Below, in pieces: positions 1-12,935 of a stretch of 64,000 nt of DNA. The DNA lies in contig NC_047022.1 of assembly GCF_902652985.1 (NCBI RefSeq), positions 31,372,001 through 31,436,000 of the forward strand, in the 5' to 3' direction. Under the pieces are notes generated by a model. The model worked only from the letters and a program-made list of their open reading frames with translations. It did no database searches and was not told the origin of the DNA. Source of the DNA: Pecten maximus (Eukaryota). The first letter of the stretch is position 1, and every line of letters starts with the position of its first letter. Both the position numbers and the translations under genes were made by a program.

Positions 1-2807
1 TAAATCTTTCGTTGGGAGGGGGTGGGTAAAGCTGAGTGTATAACGTGCATACTTGGTGCTCGAGGAATGATGAGGCCTGCACATTTAATGTACATACAGT
101 CGAGAGCTGCAGTGGGATCAGATAGCTACAGGGCACACAGAAACCAGGGGTACAGCTAAACGGGCTTTAGGCTAAAAGCATTTTGTTATATCTAGTTTTT
201 TTGTAAAATGAAAAGTTCACACATTCACTTAATAGCTTTAGTGGTACATAGCCTCTGTCTCATTGTGATGTTTTGAATGGCTTCTGTACTTGAGGTTCCA
301 CTGTGAGGTCCCCACTGTCACTGGAACACAGTGGGACACCTTTTTATAGCCTTAACCCATTCACACTTTTATTGGAATAAATTTGACAATTTCGCCAGGT
401 ATAATGAAAGGCAAATGGGAGAGTCCTTGAATCTCAAACATTCCATTTTTATCTGGTTGACTGTGATGAATCATCCTCAGAGGGGGAGGGATAGGGCCAT
501 GATTATATTGCTCATTAGAAATAATTTGACATTTATGTGTGCACAGGTCTAACCTCTTTCCTGTTAAATATATTCTAATTTGAGCATTTGTGTATTTAAT
601 AAACTTAAACATATCGTTTTTGGTATTTTTAACATAAACAGAATAGGTATTTATTGGTGAGTATAAGTGTAGGATATGATCTAGATTGATTTTCTATGTG
701 GAGGTGAAATTCTGTTCTGATATGGTTAATATCTGTGTGCAAGTTCTTTATAGCTTGTGTTGGAGGGCAGTTTCCCCTTATAAGGGCCCTTGGGGAGTTT
801 TCAGGGTTCAGACTCTGTCCATGCGCGCTATACCACACTGCTGTGAAAATGAGACTCCATACATCTTGGCCTGTTGTCCCAAACACTCAACACTTTTCAA
901 TTGTTCCCTGAGCAAATATGATGATTGAACCCTATTCATGGCGAACTGGGTCCTTTTACATTGGCACGTATACAAATATATTTGTTCAGTATCCTTCAGT
1001 TAGTTTTACTCTGAGAATATTCCAATATTGACGGTTCGTAGAGTAGATCAATAATTTCTCTTGGTCATTTACATAAAAGACTCCCCCAGTGGCCTCCCAA
1101 ATTTGCTATATTGTCAGAAACTGGAAAAACAGGGTTCCTTCTATTATCACTTCTGTTTAAAAAGGCTGGCTCCAGTTAGGTGAAGATTATGTTCCCAGAC
1201 ACAGAAATCAGCTGGGCATTTGGGGAAGTTTGTGTATTGTGGTATAGGGCCATAGATGTATCCTCTGGTTTGTGTGAAGCAGGGGATGGTGGGAGAACTT
1301 TTCAGTAGCAATCTTTGAAGGAAAATGGTGTTGAAGATAAATGATTTTAGAAAGGATATTGTTTCTAAAATAATTAAATGAAAAAGAAAATTATGATAAA
1401 ATCTAGTATATATAGATAATCTTGGGAAATTGATTTTGTTATTGTAAATCTGAATTGTACTTGAGTTTGACTTTCAAATTAAAGTTGTTAGACAATTTCA
1501 CATAGTTTCCTTTAAGCTGTCCAGACATGTGTTTGTCCCGTCAGTAGTGAAGAGTGCTGTATCATGCACATGTGACTTACTAATAGCTCATTTCATACCC
1601 AACTTCCCAATGCCTGGTCCAGTGAACCATAATACGCTGTGGTTACTGTTATGAAATTTGAGATTTATTAGATCAACAGTGTAGGGCCATGTTTTTTTTC
1701 AAGGATTGCACTGGATTAGTGAATTACAGCTGGAATGATATTACTGGATTAACTGTGTAGAAACATCAACTCATCAGTCATGATTTCATTATGATGATTA
1801 TAATGTATTAAAATATTTCTTTGATAGGTATAGCAATCTTTACTCCCCGATGATTTCTAGGCAATAGTTGCACTGCTTAAAAAAGATATATACATATAAA
1901 TATTTCGTTATGAGCTCATTTTTCTAGCTTCCAAAAGAAGATTTTACTTTCTATTTAAATACTGCTTCTGAAAGATGTTTTTTTGAGAGCATTGCTTCAA
2001 GGCATTAAAGTTCTTTATTAAGCTTTAAGCTTTTTAACACAACGAACCCCAGTGGTATGGTATATTGAGTCTCAACACTAAGAGCTGATTCTAGTTCAGA
2101 TTTTTCCAACTGTTGCATACTGATGTAATAAAACACAAAGGTCAATATAGCTAATGTGAAATCTGTTCAGGGGTAAACTAATTCCAAGGTCATTGATTTA
2201 AAATCATCAATATTTGTGTTGGCTTTTGTCCTGGTGTATATCTTCAATTGCATGTACAGATCCTACACAAAACTGACGGGAGATATACGTCTGGATGTTG
2301 CTATTGTTATGCTGAAATTTTCATGCAAAATCCATACTGCTTGTAACACATGGTTAGGTAAAGAATCGAAAGTCAAGCAAAATTAGGAAATGATTTGTGG
2401 GAGATGTTGATAATAAATGGATGTTTAATGTATTGGCCCAGAGGAATCACAAATATGAATTGATTTTTACATACATGATGGTAGTCTAAGGGATGTCATT
2501 CCAATTCTGTGAGAACAAGTCATGCTCCATCTACAAATAGTGTTACTTCGCATAATGTCAGTTTGGTAACTACTGTGTATATTATCAGACAAGGATTGAT
2601 CCAACAATTTCCTGTCATTTAATATAAAACCACCACAGCCATCTGTTAGGGTACAGAGTACATGGTGGAAAAGTCCACAGGTTTAGACAACTGAATATAT
2701 GGTAATACTGGGCTAGGAGACAAGATACAATGGCATCGTCTAAGGGGACGGCATACATGGTTAGTATGTGGAGGTAGAGCTCTAAATGTCTAGGAAACCG
2801 ATGTATA

Positions 2808-3104
2808 ATGGTGGTGCAGGGTTAGGGACCGAGTACATGGTGGTACAGGGTTAGGGACCGAGTACATGGTGATACAGGGTTAGGGACCGAGTACATGGTG
2901 ATACAGGGTTAGGGACCGAGTACATGGTGATACAGGGTTAGGGACCGAGTACATGGTGATACAGGGTTAGGGACCGAGTACATGGTGATACAGGGTTAGG
3001 GACCGAGTACATGGTGATACAGGGTTAGAGACCGAGTACATGGTGGTACAGGGTTAGGGACCGAGTACATGGTGATGCAAGGTTAGGGACCGAGTACATG
3101 GTGA
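2808..3104. repeat. Minisatellite, 29-bp unit GGGTTAGGGACCGAGTACATGGTGATACA, about 10 copies
   Basis: Near-perfect tandem copies read directly; degenerate precursors at about 2640-2800. Confidence 0.95.
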
Positions 3105-4013
3105 CAGCCGAGATAAAATGAATCAAAATGATTTTATGGACAAATTTCATTAAGATGGCTTACTTCATTATTTTAACTTCAGGCCACAAACATTTCTGAT
3201 ACTATATCTTTCTTTTACAAATAGATAATGAAATTGCTAAAGAAATTCCTTTTTACTTCTGTTAAAGATAAAACTAGCCAATGAGAATTATTCAATTATT
3301 TGTATTTTGTATGTTATAGGAATATTTTATAATGACATTACCACTAACGATATATTTATCACTAAATGTGTTTAAAGAAAGAAGGTAGAGCAAATTAATA
3401 CAGGTTCAAAACGGGTGCAAATGAAGAAATATATTATCTACAACTGATCTCTTCATGCAGAAAAATAACATATTTTTGTAGTATGAAAAATTCTGCTCAG
3501 AATGTGCATAATACTTCAAAATCTGTACCCGATATACCTTTTCAAAATTCTTTTTCTTTTCTTTTTTCAAAGATTGAAGTAAAATTTTTGTTTATTAAAA
3601 TTTTAGTAAAATAATAGTGATTACATAGTTGATCTATGATGTTGGGTGGTTAGACTCTGTTTTAATTGCTTTAAGTCAGATCTTGGAGGATTTAGTGTTT
3701 TTGTTGAAGACTGTTATTATGAGAAGTTGGTGAATAATAGCATTTCAGTATTGAAGATAGACATACCTGTTTTAATCAGTGTAAACCTATTGTTGAACCA
3801 AGGTCTCGGCTTATTATAACCTGCCCATAAATGTCTCTCCTTCTGTAGAGAAAGTGAAAGCCACGCTAATTACCAGGTGTTGACAATCGCGACTATTACA
3901 GCGACCGTGTCATCACATAATTACGATAATAAGGCTGCTATCCAATTTAAAAATTCCATTACCTGGGAGCTTTTGTGGCTTTTTTATTCAGTTGTGAATG
4001 TTAAACAACGGTC

Positions 4014-4249
4014 TATAAAGGGAATAATATTTGTATTTCTGTTCAGAACGGTTCCGTCCTCAAAAATTCTCTTTGTCTTCTTAGTTAACATACAGCTTTC
4101 GAACAGGTCGGATGTGCTTGTTCTCATTCTGTGTGACTTAGGGCGTTTGATATTTACTTGGCTGTTGGTACTGTGTGGTGTTGAGGACTAGATATCTGTG
4201 TATATATTTGTGTGGACTAGCAGGGAATTGGTAGAACTACGCGGTAAGT
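4014..4249 (+). promoter_or_regulatory. Candidate internal promoter/alternative first exon, or cassette (poison) exon
   Basis: TATAAAG at 4014, TCAGA with its A at 4045 (31 nt downstream), local CpG retention, consensus donor GCG|GTAAGT at 4244, acceptor-like tracts ending at 4046 and 4084. Confidence 0.4.
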
Positions 4250-5639
4250 GTGATAGTCGTTAATTTACAGACTCGGTGATGATATTTCTGACGAAAGGTA
4301 TACATGTATATAGCGTGATTTAGTTTTACATATTAAGATTTTGATCATTGCTATGTTTGATTATGACAAAAATGATTGAAAGCTATTGAAATCAGGAGTC
4401 GATCTGCCACTTTTAGATGTAATCTTTATTAAATTGTCTTCTTTTGACCCTTAATTATTAAAGACTATGATTGATAGAGACAGCTTTTGGACAGATACAA
4501 ATGTACATCAGTGTTTACTGTAATTCTTCAATATCTCTAATTTTCGAATTAAAGTGAATTGATATGATGATAATTTAGTTTACTATATTTGATGTCTATT
4601 GTAAATCTATTTATTAACATTGTTCCAAATTAGCTTTAGTCGACTCTGCCTTACAGACAGGCAGGTCAAAGGTTAACTTGATATACATAATAGACAGCTT
4701 TTGTCTACATCCAATAAATCACTTCCAAGTTGTCATATTTGTATAGAATGCTGCATCATCGATTAAGACGAATATTTTTTTAATTCATTGAGTTCTCATC
4801 TCTGACATATCTGTTTTTCTTTTGTTTTTTAAACATGTTTACCCATGATTCCTGGTTCATCAGATTACCCATGATTCCTGGGGTGATATCTCAAAATCTA
4901 TTCCCATAATTCCCTGGAGATATTTCAAAATTAATACCCATGATTCCCGAGAGATATTTCAAAACTAATATGCCAATATGGCAGTGTACAATTATGGGAA
5001 ATGTCAACAAAGATCGGCAGGTATATTGAATGTGATGTTGACTGTTGGATAATACCTTCTAGCGATAAGACTTGGGAACAAGAGGAGAAAGTTCCATATA
5101 CCATCTGACATGTTGAGAAATCAATATTATATTGCTAAATAAAAACTTAGCTTTAGAAAAAAACATCTTTGAAGTGTGTTTGTGTAAATTTTCGGACAAA
5201 CATGATGTTAGTGTTTGAAGTGGACCAGAGGACTGAGTAATGTTGAGACTTGTCACAGGGATTTCGTACGGCTCCAAATAAAACATGTTCAATATATGGA
5301 AGACGCCAACAATAATTAGGACCTTTTCTTAAATTCATTCATAGAGCAAATTGTCAAAGAATAAAAAAAAAAAAGATTTATGTAGATAAATATAAAAATG
5401 AAATAAATAGACCTAACTGTCTGAGATAAATGGCTTGACTCAATGCTAGTTATAAAACCACACCAATTGATCGCATTCATATGGGCCAATTCATAAGATT
5501 ATGTGTATTACATCTTTTATGGCCCTTGAGAACTCACTTTTCAGGATTTCTAAATTAAATCTTATTTGTCTGAGTCATCATTTTAAACAACTTTAGGTTC
5601 AAATATTCATAATAGTTTCAGATTTACAAATACTGGTAG

Positions 5640-6609
5640 AAGATTGGTATTGGTGTTGCTGTCATACTGAGCTGTGTATAGTATTGGTAGTTGGTGTTGC
5701 TGTCATCAATACTGAGCTGTGTATAAGATTGGTAGTTGGTGTTGCTGTCATACTGAGCTGTATAAAAGATTGGTAGTTGGTGTTGCTGTCATACTGAGCT
5801 GTGTATAAGATTGGTAGTTGGTGTTGCTGTCATACTGAGCTGTATAAAAGATTGGTAGTTGGTGTTGCTGTCATACTGAGCTGTGTATAAGATTGGTAGT
5901 TGGTGTTGCTGTCATACTGAGCTGTATAAAAGATTGGTAGTTGGTGTTGCTGTCATACTGAGTTGGTATAAGATTGGTAGTTGGTGTTGCTGTCATACTG
6001 AGCTGTATATAAGATTGGTAGTTGGTGTTGCTGTCATACTGAGCTGTATATAAGATTGGTAGTTGGTGTTGCTGTCATACTGAGTTTGTATAAGATTGGT
6101 AGTTGGTGTTGCTGTCATACTGAGCTGTATATAAGATTGGTAGTTGGTGTTGCTGTCATACTGAGCTGTATAAAAGATTGGTAGTTGGTGTTGCTGTCAT
6201 ACTGAGTTTGTATAAGATTGGTAGTTGGTGTTGCTGTCATACTGAGCTGTATATAAGATTGGTAGTTGGTGTTGCTGTCATACTGAGCTGTATAAAAGAT
6301 TGGTAGTTGGTGTTGCTGTCATACTGAGCTGTATATAAGATTGGTATTGGTGTTGCTGTCATACTGAGCTGTATATAAGATTGGTAGTTGGTGTTGCTGT
6401 CATACTGAGCTGTGTATAAGATTGGTATTGGTGTTGCTGTCATACTGAGCTGTATATAAGATTGGTATTGGTGTTGTTGTCATACTGAGCTGTATAAAAG
6501 ATTGGTAGTTGGTGTTGCTGTCATACTGAGCTGTGTATAAGATTGGTAGTTGGTGTTGCTGTCATACTGAGCTGTATAGAAGATTGGTAGTTGGTGTTGC
6601 TGTCATACT
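5640..6609. repeat. Minisatellite, 41-bp unit GATTGGTAGTTGGTGTTGCTGTCATACTGAGCTGTRTATAA, about 23 copies
   Basis: Direct tandem repetition. Confidence 0.97.
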
Positions 6610-8083
6610 TACCTACATTGAAGACCTTGGGAGTTGCTGCCGTTTCAGACTGCCCCTTTATAGCCTAACCATGACAATTCCTACTCTGACCTTTACTGTT
6701 TTGTAGTCTTTTTCTATGGCTATTGGTAAACACCGAATCAAATTAATCATGCAAAGACTTGGACCAGAATCAAACAACATTTATCGAGTGAAATTCTCGG
6801 CCGCTCTGGTGTATTTATAAATTTGATCAATTATTCTGTTTTCATTTTTGTTACTTTTCAAGGACAAATGAAAATAATATTAGAAAAACATTTTTCATTA
6901 TTTGTGCACTGTGAATTCGCTGGGATAATTGCTTTCATAAATTAAGGTCATACTGAAATTGAATGTCGTGAAATAAAATTGAATAGGATACAAATATTAG
7001 TATTGATCAGTTACCTCCCTTTTAAGAGTTTTCTTTCTTTTTATCTCGACGAAAGACTTGACTTTGAGACATAACACAAATGTCATAAAGAGGACCATAT
7101 ATTTGATTTATAATCGTCCAATGTAGTGGTGCCATCATTTACAAAGATCAACAATTTGTTTTATCACCAAAATCAATATTACTTTCAAATGGAAAGAAAA
7201 GACATCTATAGATATCTGGAAAAAAGTTCAATATCATATTGAATTTTTTTTACTGAAAGCTTTTTGTAGCATCTTTGACAAAAAGGACATTGACAGAAAA
7301 CTTTTGTTAAGAAATAATAAAATTTAAGAAAGGTTCATGAAAATGTATATTTCAGATGAAGGTTCTGTCTTGTATTCAGTCAAAGATTAAATATTTTTTT
7401 CTCTTTCCTGACTATTCCGTGAGTTAGGTGTTCTGTGTGCTAGTGTAAGGGTATTGAAATAAGCAATATTTGTTCACATTTGCGATCTGTCAATGGATAT
7501 ATTGTGTTAAAACCAATCTAATGTGTACATGAAGGGAATTGAATTCATTTGTTAGTTCAACCTGGTAAGGCTTTTATAGCCATAAAACACAAAACGGTAG
7601 TGTTCAACTCTGGCTTAAAGTAATTTACTGATACGATATTGATGAATGTGGAACATGCAAATTAGCGATAACAGCCATGGGGAACGACAACTTGCATTTG
7701 TATAATCATAGGACAATGGAACAAGGTTTATAAGGGTATAGTGGTACACTGCACCCTATTCTACCATTGTTCAACTGATAACACAGGGGATTTTCGATGT
7801 GAGGATACGCAAGCTTGAGTTCATTCTGAGTAAAACAAAAATTTTAAAAAGATGTATGCATATTTTGTGGAATAATTATTTTCCCTCCTTATAAAATAAT
7901 AACATTTTACCATAAAAAATGGACCAAATACCCTATCTGCACTAGACCTCAAACTACTGCATCTTGCTTTCCTAACAGATATTCTACCACAAGGCAAAAT
8001 TCTGAGGTAGTTATAAAGGTGACCTTTACTCTGCCAGCCTTTGTCCCTTAAATACAACTAAAAGCATACCCTGGGGCTTCAAC

Positions 8084-8170
8084 TAGCAACCTCCCTCTCC
8101 AGTCTGGGCAGATAGCAACCTCCCTCTCCAGTCTGGGCAGATAGCAACCTCCCTCTCCAGTCTGGGCAGA
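8084..8170. repeat. 3 perfect copies of 29-bp TAGCAACCTCCCTCTCCAGTCTGGGCAGA
   Basis: Exact triplication. Confidence 0.95.
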
Positions 8171-8388
8171 CAGTCCTGCTAGCCTAAGTAGAGGTGACCT
8201 ATACTCTCCACTTTTACACATTTTCCAATTTAAAATGTTGGCACTTGGATTAGTTGGCATACCCACAATATATGTAAGAGATATAGTGAATAATAATAAA
8301 GCATGATGTGTGAAAACAAGATTTTCACCAAAACATACATTTGCATTGAATTTTGGTAAAGAAAGTAAGATAGTGTGACAGTCAAATA

Positions 8389-8457
8389 AGATGATTTATG
8401 TATATAGATGATTTATGTATATAGATGATTTATGTATATAGATGATTTATGTATATA
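8389..8457. repeat. 4 copies of 17-bp AGATGATTTATGTATAT
   Basis: Exact tandem copies. Confidence 0.9.
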
Positions 8458-9116
8458 AAATATCTACAAATACACAAGGAACTCAGCAAGAAACTGTCGA
8501 AAATGTACAAGTTGATGCCGTATCTGTCATACAAACAACAAATTAACTTTACAGATTTTAAAGGGGACCTTAACATTTTAATTCTTTTCACCTGTATAAT
8601 TATAACGCTGTTTGTAATTTACCTTTATAAAAGATTAATACTACCCTTGATAAAAAAGTTTGAATTTGTAGTTGGTATGTACTTCTGTGTAATAACATGC
8701 ACAATGTACTTCTGTGTAAAAACATGCATAAGGAAAGGATTTGATTTAAATGATAATTACAGCACAAAGGTAAAAACTCGTTTAAGGTTGGCAAGGTGAG
8801 AAATACTGGGTTTTTAACCTGTGAGAGTCCAGGTGATTGGAAATAATTTAACAAGTAGTGAGACTGTTTTGAGATCTTAATCATATGTGGTGAAACTCTC
8901 AGATTTCCTAGTCTTGGCATTTACTAGTGACATGTATAATTATACTGTAGTTAGCGGTAATGTACTGTACTTCGTGAGAATTTTAATGCCCACATACAAA
9001 CATTTGTGTATACCTTTTACAGGTTAATTTGGGTACATCCATTGTCTAAGAAGTTAATTTGGGTACATTGTAATGTACTTATTGTAATTAGGTTAATATA
9101 GACATGCTTTTATTAA

Positions 9117-9514
9117 GAGGTTAATTTACACCCATAGTCTTGGAGGTTAATTTGTACACCCATAGTCTTAAAGGTTAATTTGTACACCCATAGTCTTGGA
9201 GGTTAATTTGTACACCCATAGTCTTGGAGGTTAATTTGTACACCCATAGTCTTGGAGGTTAATTTACACCCATAGTCTAAGAGGTTAATTTGTACACCCA
9301 TAGTCTTAAAGGTTATTTTGTACACCCATAGTCTAAGAGGTTAATTTGTACACCCATAGTCTTAAAGGTTATTTTGTACACCCATAGTCTAAGAGGTTAA
9401 TTTGTACACCCATATTCTTAAAGGTTATTTTGTACACCCATAGTCTAAGAGGTTAATTTGTACACCCATAGTCTTAAAGGTTATTTTGTACACCCATAGT
9501 CTAAAAGGTTAATT
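9117..9514. repeat. Minisatellite, 28-bp unit GGTTAATTTGTACACCCATAGTCTTGGA, about 14 copies; distal half alternates two variants
   Basis: Direct tandem repetition; degenerate copies from about 9021. Confidence 0.95.
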
Positions 9515-10213
9515 TCTGGTATATTGCCTTTGATGCAGTGAAGCAAAGTTAAAAATAAAAATAAAGTTGTGTTGTCTGTTTCTAGATGTCTTGAGCCTCA
9601 AACAAGTATGATTTGTCATAAGACAATGTCCGTAGATGCCAAACAAGACTTGTATGTCAAATAAATTCAAGGGCTGTCTTGAATGATACAGCTGAGAACG
9701 TGATATCAAAGACAGGAATTTAAGTGCTTTCAATTGAATTAAACTGATAATAGACCTTGAACAGTCTTGGTTCTGTCAATGTTGTTGATTTGTGTGATCA
9801 GTTTTGAAGTTCTAATTTTGGAGGTGTTGATAATTGAGCCGTCTTAGTGTAGACTGGACCGAGATCAACCAAATGACACTCAACCGGTGTAAGTTGACTC
9901 CGCGATAGACCTCACAATTATAACACAATGGCCTCCTACAACCTTGTGTACTAATTTAAGAACTTAAAAAACTTTGCTTTGAAGTTTGTTTGTAGGATAA
10001 TTTAAATATTTTGAGTATCCTATTACTCCCAATTGGCTTTTTTGTTTCAATTTAAAGGCATCCAAATTGGCTTTAGACATATTTGGTATTTTACCTTAGC
10101 ATGGGGCTTGGTGACAGAAATTAAAATCATATCACATGTTCTGGAAGTATTTAACCCAGATATGACATTTATTAGTTTTCAAGACCTTAACTTGTCTTAG
10201 TTTAATTCTTTGC

Positions 10214-10491
10214 TATTGAGACCTGTTTATTGAGACCTGTCTATTGAGACCTGTCTATATAGGCCTGCCTATGGAGGCCTGTCTATTGAGGCCTGTGTAT
10301 TGAGACCTGTGTATTGAGACCTGTCTATAGAGGCCTGTGTATTGAGACCTGTGTATTAAGACCTGTCTATAGAGGCCTGCCTATGGAGGCCTGCATATTG
10401 AGACCTGTCTATTGAGGCCTGCCTTTGGAGGCCTGTCTATTAAGACCTGTCTATGGAGGCCTGTGTATTGAGACCGTATATTGTGGCCTGT
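10214..10491. repeat. Degenerate 14-bp minisatellite TATTGAGACCTGTC / TATGGAGGCCTGYC, about 19 copies
   Basis: Direct tandem repetition. Confidence 0.9.
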
Positions 10492-11662
10492 ATTTTCTGG
10501 TTATTTACGGTAATAAGGCTAAATATTGGTATTGATTGTGAGAGGTGTGTTTCACACCAGTCTGTGTAAGTCTGTGTATATATATATACCTATGCATCTC
10601 TAGCCTGTCAAAGTCTTATGTGCCAACTGGTCATATTTTCATATGCATGATCAAAAGGCTCTAGTATTATGAATGGAAATTTATACAATTAAACCCCCAA
10701 GATACCATTTGGCTGCATCCAAGACAAGTAAGGGGTTGAGTCAACTAATTGGGTTGAGGGAGGGAAGGTACAGATTAGGTACTTATAGTGCTAACACATT
10801 GCTGAAGAGATCTACTAGTGACAGGCTTTCTTTACAAGGACAGCAATAGTTGTGGTAGCACTACTTAGTTTTTGTTCTGTGTCTTGTCTTCACATTAGGC
10901 TTTGATTGAAGAGGAAGACACAAAAGGTTTGTAATGGAAAAATACTTGGATAAGTCTCAGGTTTTCATTCGTGCTGCTGATAAGATTTTCCTGTCAAAAT
11001 ATACTTTGCTTGACATGTATTCGGGTTTCCTTCTCCATAAATATTTGTTCCTGTATCTTTGTTTTTTGTTGTGGCTTACTGTATTGGGATGTCCTCATCT
11101 TTATATCATTGTTTTACGTGATGGACAGGAAATGCATGCTGGAAAGGTAGTGTTAACTTACATGTACATTCCCTCGTGGGCCTACATAAGAGACACATCT
11201 TGCGCTTTAATTGATTATGTAAATACGATAAAAATCATGTAGGGAAGGATGACAGATGTGGGACGGTTATATAACCAGTTACAATTCCCCAGTCACACAA
11301 ACGATCATCACCAGTAGCGGATAAAGGTCCCCACCAATTACGTGGATCGTGTGCTAGCTGGTAGTGAACAGAGAGGCGATACCTCCGGGCCAGGCATCCT
11401 CAGGTCCCATACCTTACAACAAGTGTTTTATAAGTTATCTTGTTGGTTTTGAGCTGAATGTTAATGAAGAATTTCAATATACCTTTCTGAACTTGTACTA
11501 ATGCTTTGCATTGAAGAAAAAATTGGAAATATTGTATGTTTGAGATAGTGATTTATAATCAGTCTCCATAATCTCCCTACTGTTCTGAATCATTCTGTCC
11601 TCTGTATTCAACATGTGTAGGTCTCTTCCAAGAAGCTATGTTCCTCTTTTACCCATTGTTAA

Positions 11663-11756
11663 CCCTTTCACGCCTACTGACCAGTCGCCTACTGACCAGT
11701 CGACTTTAAATGATGAATGAATGGCAGTCTACTAGAGTTTCTTAGGGTTGAAAGGG
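11663..11756. mobile_element. 94-bp non-autonomous piggyBac-like MITE with TTAA target-site duplication
   Basis: TTAA|CCCTTTCAcgCCTA ... TAGGgtTGAAAGGG|TTAA. TTAA at 11659-11662 and 11757-11760, CCC...GGG termini, 14-bp terminal inverted repeats with 2 mismatches. Internal 15-bp duplication CGCCTACTGACCAGT. Confidence 0.8.
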
Positions 11757-11760
11757 TTAA

Positions 11761-12496
11761 AGGAACTATTTCTCCATCCCCACAGGAACTATTTCTCCAT
11801 CCCCACAGGAACTATTTCTCCATCCTAACAGGAACTATTTCTCCATCCCCACAGGAACTATTTCTCCATCCCCACAGGAACTATTTCTCCATCCCCACAG
11901 GAACTATTTCTCCATCCTAACAGGAACTATTTCTCTATCCCCACAGGAACTATTTCTCCATCCTAATGAACTATTTCTCCATCCTCACAGGAACTATTTC
12001 TCCATCCTCACAGGAACTATTTCTCCATCCTAACAAGTACTATTTCTCCATCCTAACAGGAACTATTTCTCCATCCTCACAGGAACTATTTCTCCATCCT
12101 AACAGGAACTATTTCTCCATCCCCACAGGAACTATTTCTCCATCCTAACAAGTACTATTTCTCCATCCTCACAGGAACTATTTCTCCATCCCCACAGGAA
12201 CTATTTCTCCATCCTCACAGGAACTATTTCTCCATCCTAACAGGAACTATTTCTCCATCCTCACAGGAACTATTACTCCATCCTCACAGAAACTATTTCT
12301 CCATCCTCATGGGAACTATTTCTCCATCCTCACGGGAACTATTTCTCCATCCTCACAGGAACTATTTCTCCATCCCCACAGGAACTATTTCTCCATCCTC
12401 ACAGGAACTATTACTCCATCCTAACGAACTATTACTCCATCCTCACAGGAACTATTTTTCCATCCTCATGGGAACTATTTCTCCATCCTCACTATT
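11761..12496. repeat. Minisatellite, 23-bp unit AGGAACTATTTCTCCATCCYMAC, about 32 copies
   Basis: Direct tandem repetition; source of ORFs 11717-12593. Confidence 0.97.
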
Positions 12497-12842
12497 TCAT
12501 TCTGAATGTGGTTGTTTCTTGGGGGTGAAGACTTATGAAGGAGGGGTGAGTGTAAAAATGGAGAGTATAAGTCGCCTTATAAGCTTTAACTGATATTATG
12601 TACACTTTGTGAGTGACAGGTGGCTAGTTTGAGCCCTAGCACAGGCAGGGTATTTTTCATTAAGGTACTTGCTTTACACTTACAGGGGCGATTTCTTCAT
12701 AAATGTATGAAGTTGAAAGCCATGTTTTATATCAGTGGGAGTGGATCTTCATTGTCCTTGAATGTTTGAGTTAAGACATCATGATTAATGATCTATATAT
12801 AGAGCTTTTTTATAATCTTCATTTTTTTGTATTTTTTTCCAG

Positions 12843-12935
12843 ATGGTTACCAGAACTAAGAAAATCTTTGTCGGAGGGCTGTCTGCTGCTACCACAGTGG
12901 AAGATGTCAAAAATTATTTTGGTAATTTTGGCAAG
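12843..12935 (+). CDS. msi: Musashi-family RNA-binding protein, internal coding exon (start of RRM2 including RNP2 IFVGGL); 93 nt, phase 0/0
   Basis: Translates to [31 protein letters not shown], closely matching the Musashi RRM2 N-terminus as I recall it (MSI1 [31 protein letters not shown]). Acceptor tttttttgtatttttttccAG (12841-12842), donor AAG|GTAAGA (12936). Confidence 0.96.

Larger units (their letters stand above)
1..12842 (+). other. msi: 3' part of the upstream Musashi intron (>12.8 kb)
   Basis: I found no exon for the preceding IDPKVAFPRR-like segment in 1-12842. The region ends at a canonical acceptor. Confidence 0.7.

Noticed and set aside
642-662. Possible 15-nt microexon ending at TTG|GTGAGT
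   Set aside because: Acceptor is A-rich and weak; the peptide NRYLL is not recognisable.
2595-2625. ATTGATCCA (IDP) as a possible upstream Musashi exon
   Set aside because: Continues IDPTIS rather than IDPKVAF, and has no acceptor.
12605-12690. B-box-like AGTTTGAGCCC, possible tRNA-derived SINE remnant
   Set aside because: Too degenerate; no A box, tail or target-site duplication can be defined without a repeat library.
12843-12935. Alternative identity as hnRNP A/B/D or DAZAP1/Hrp48
   Set aside because: [14 protein letters not shown] and DAMLMFDKTTNRHRG are Musashi-specific signatures.
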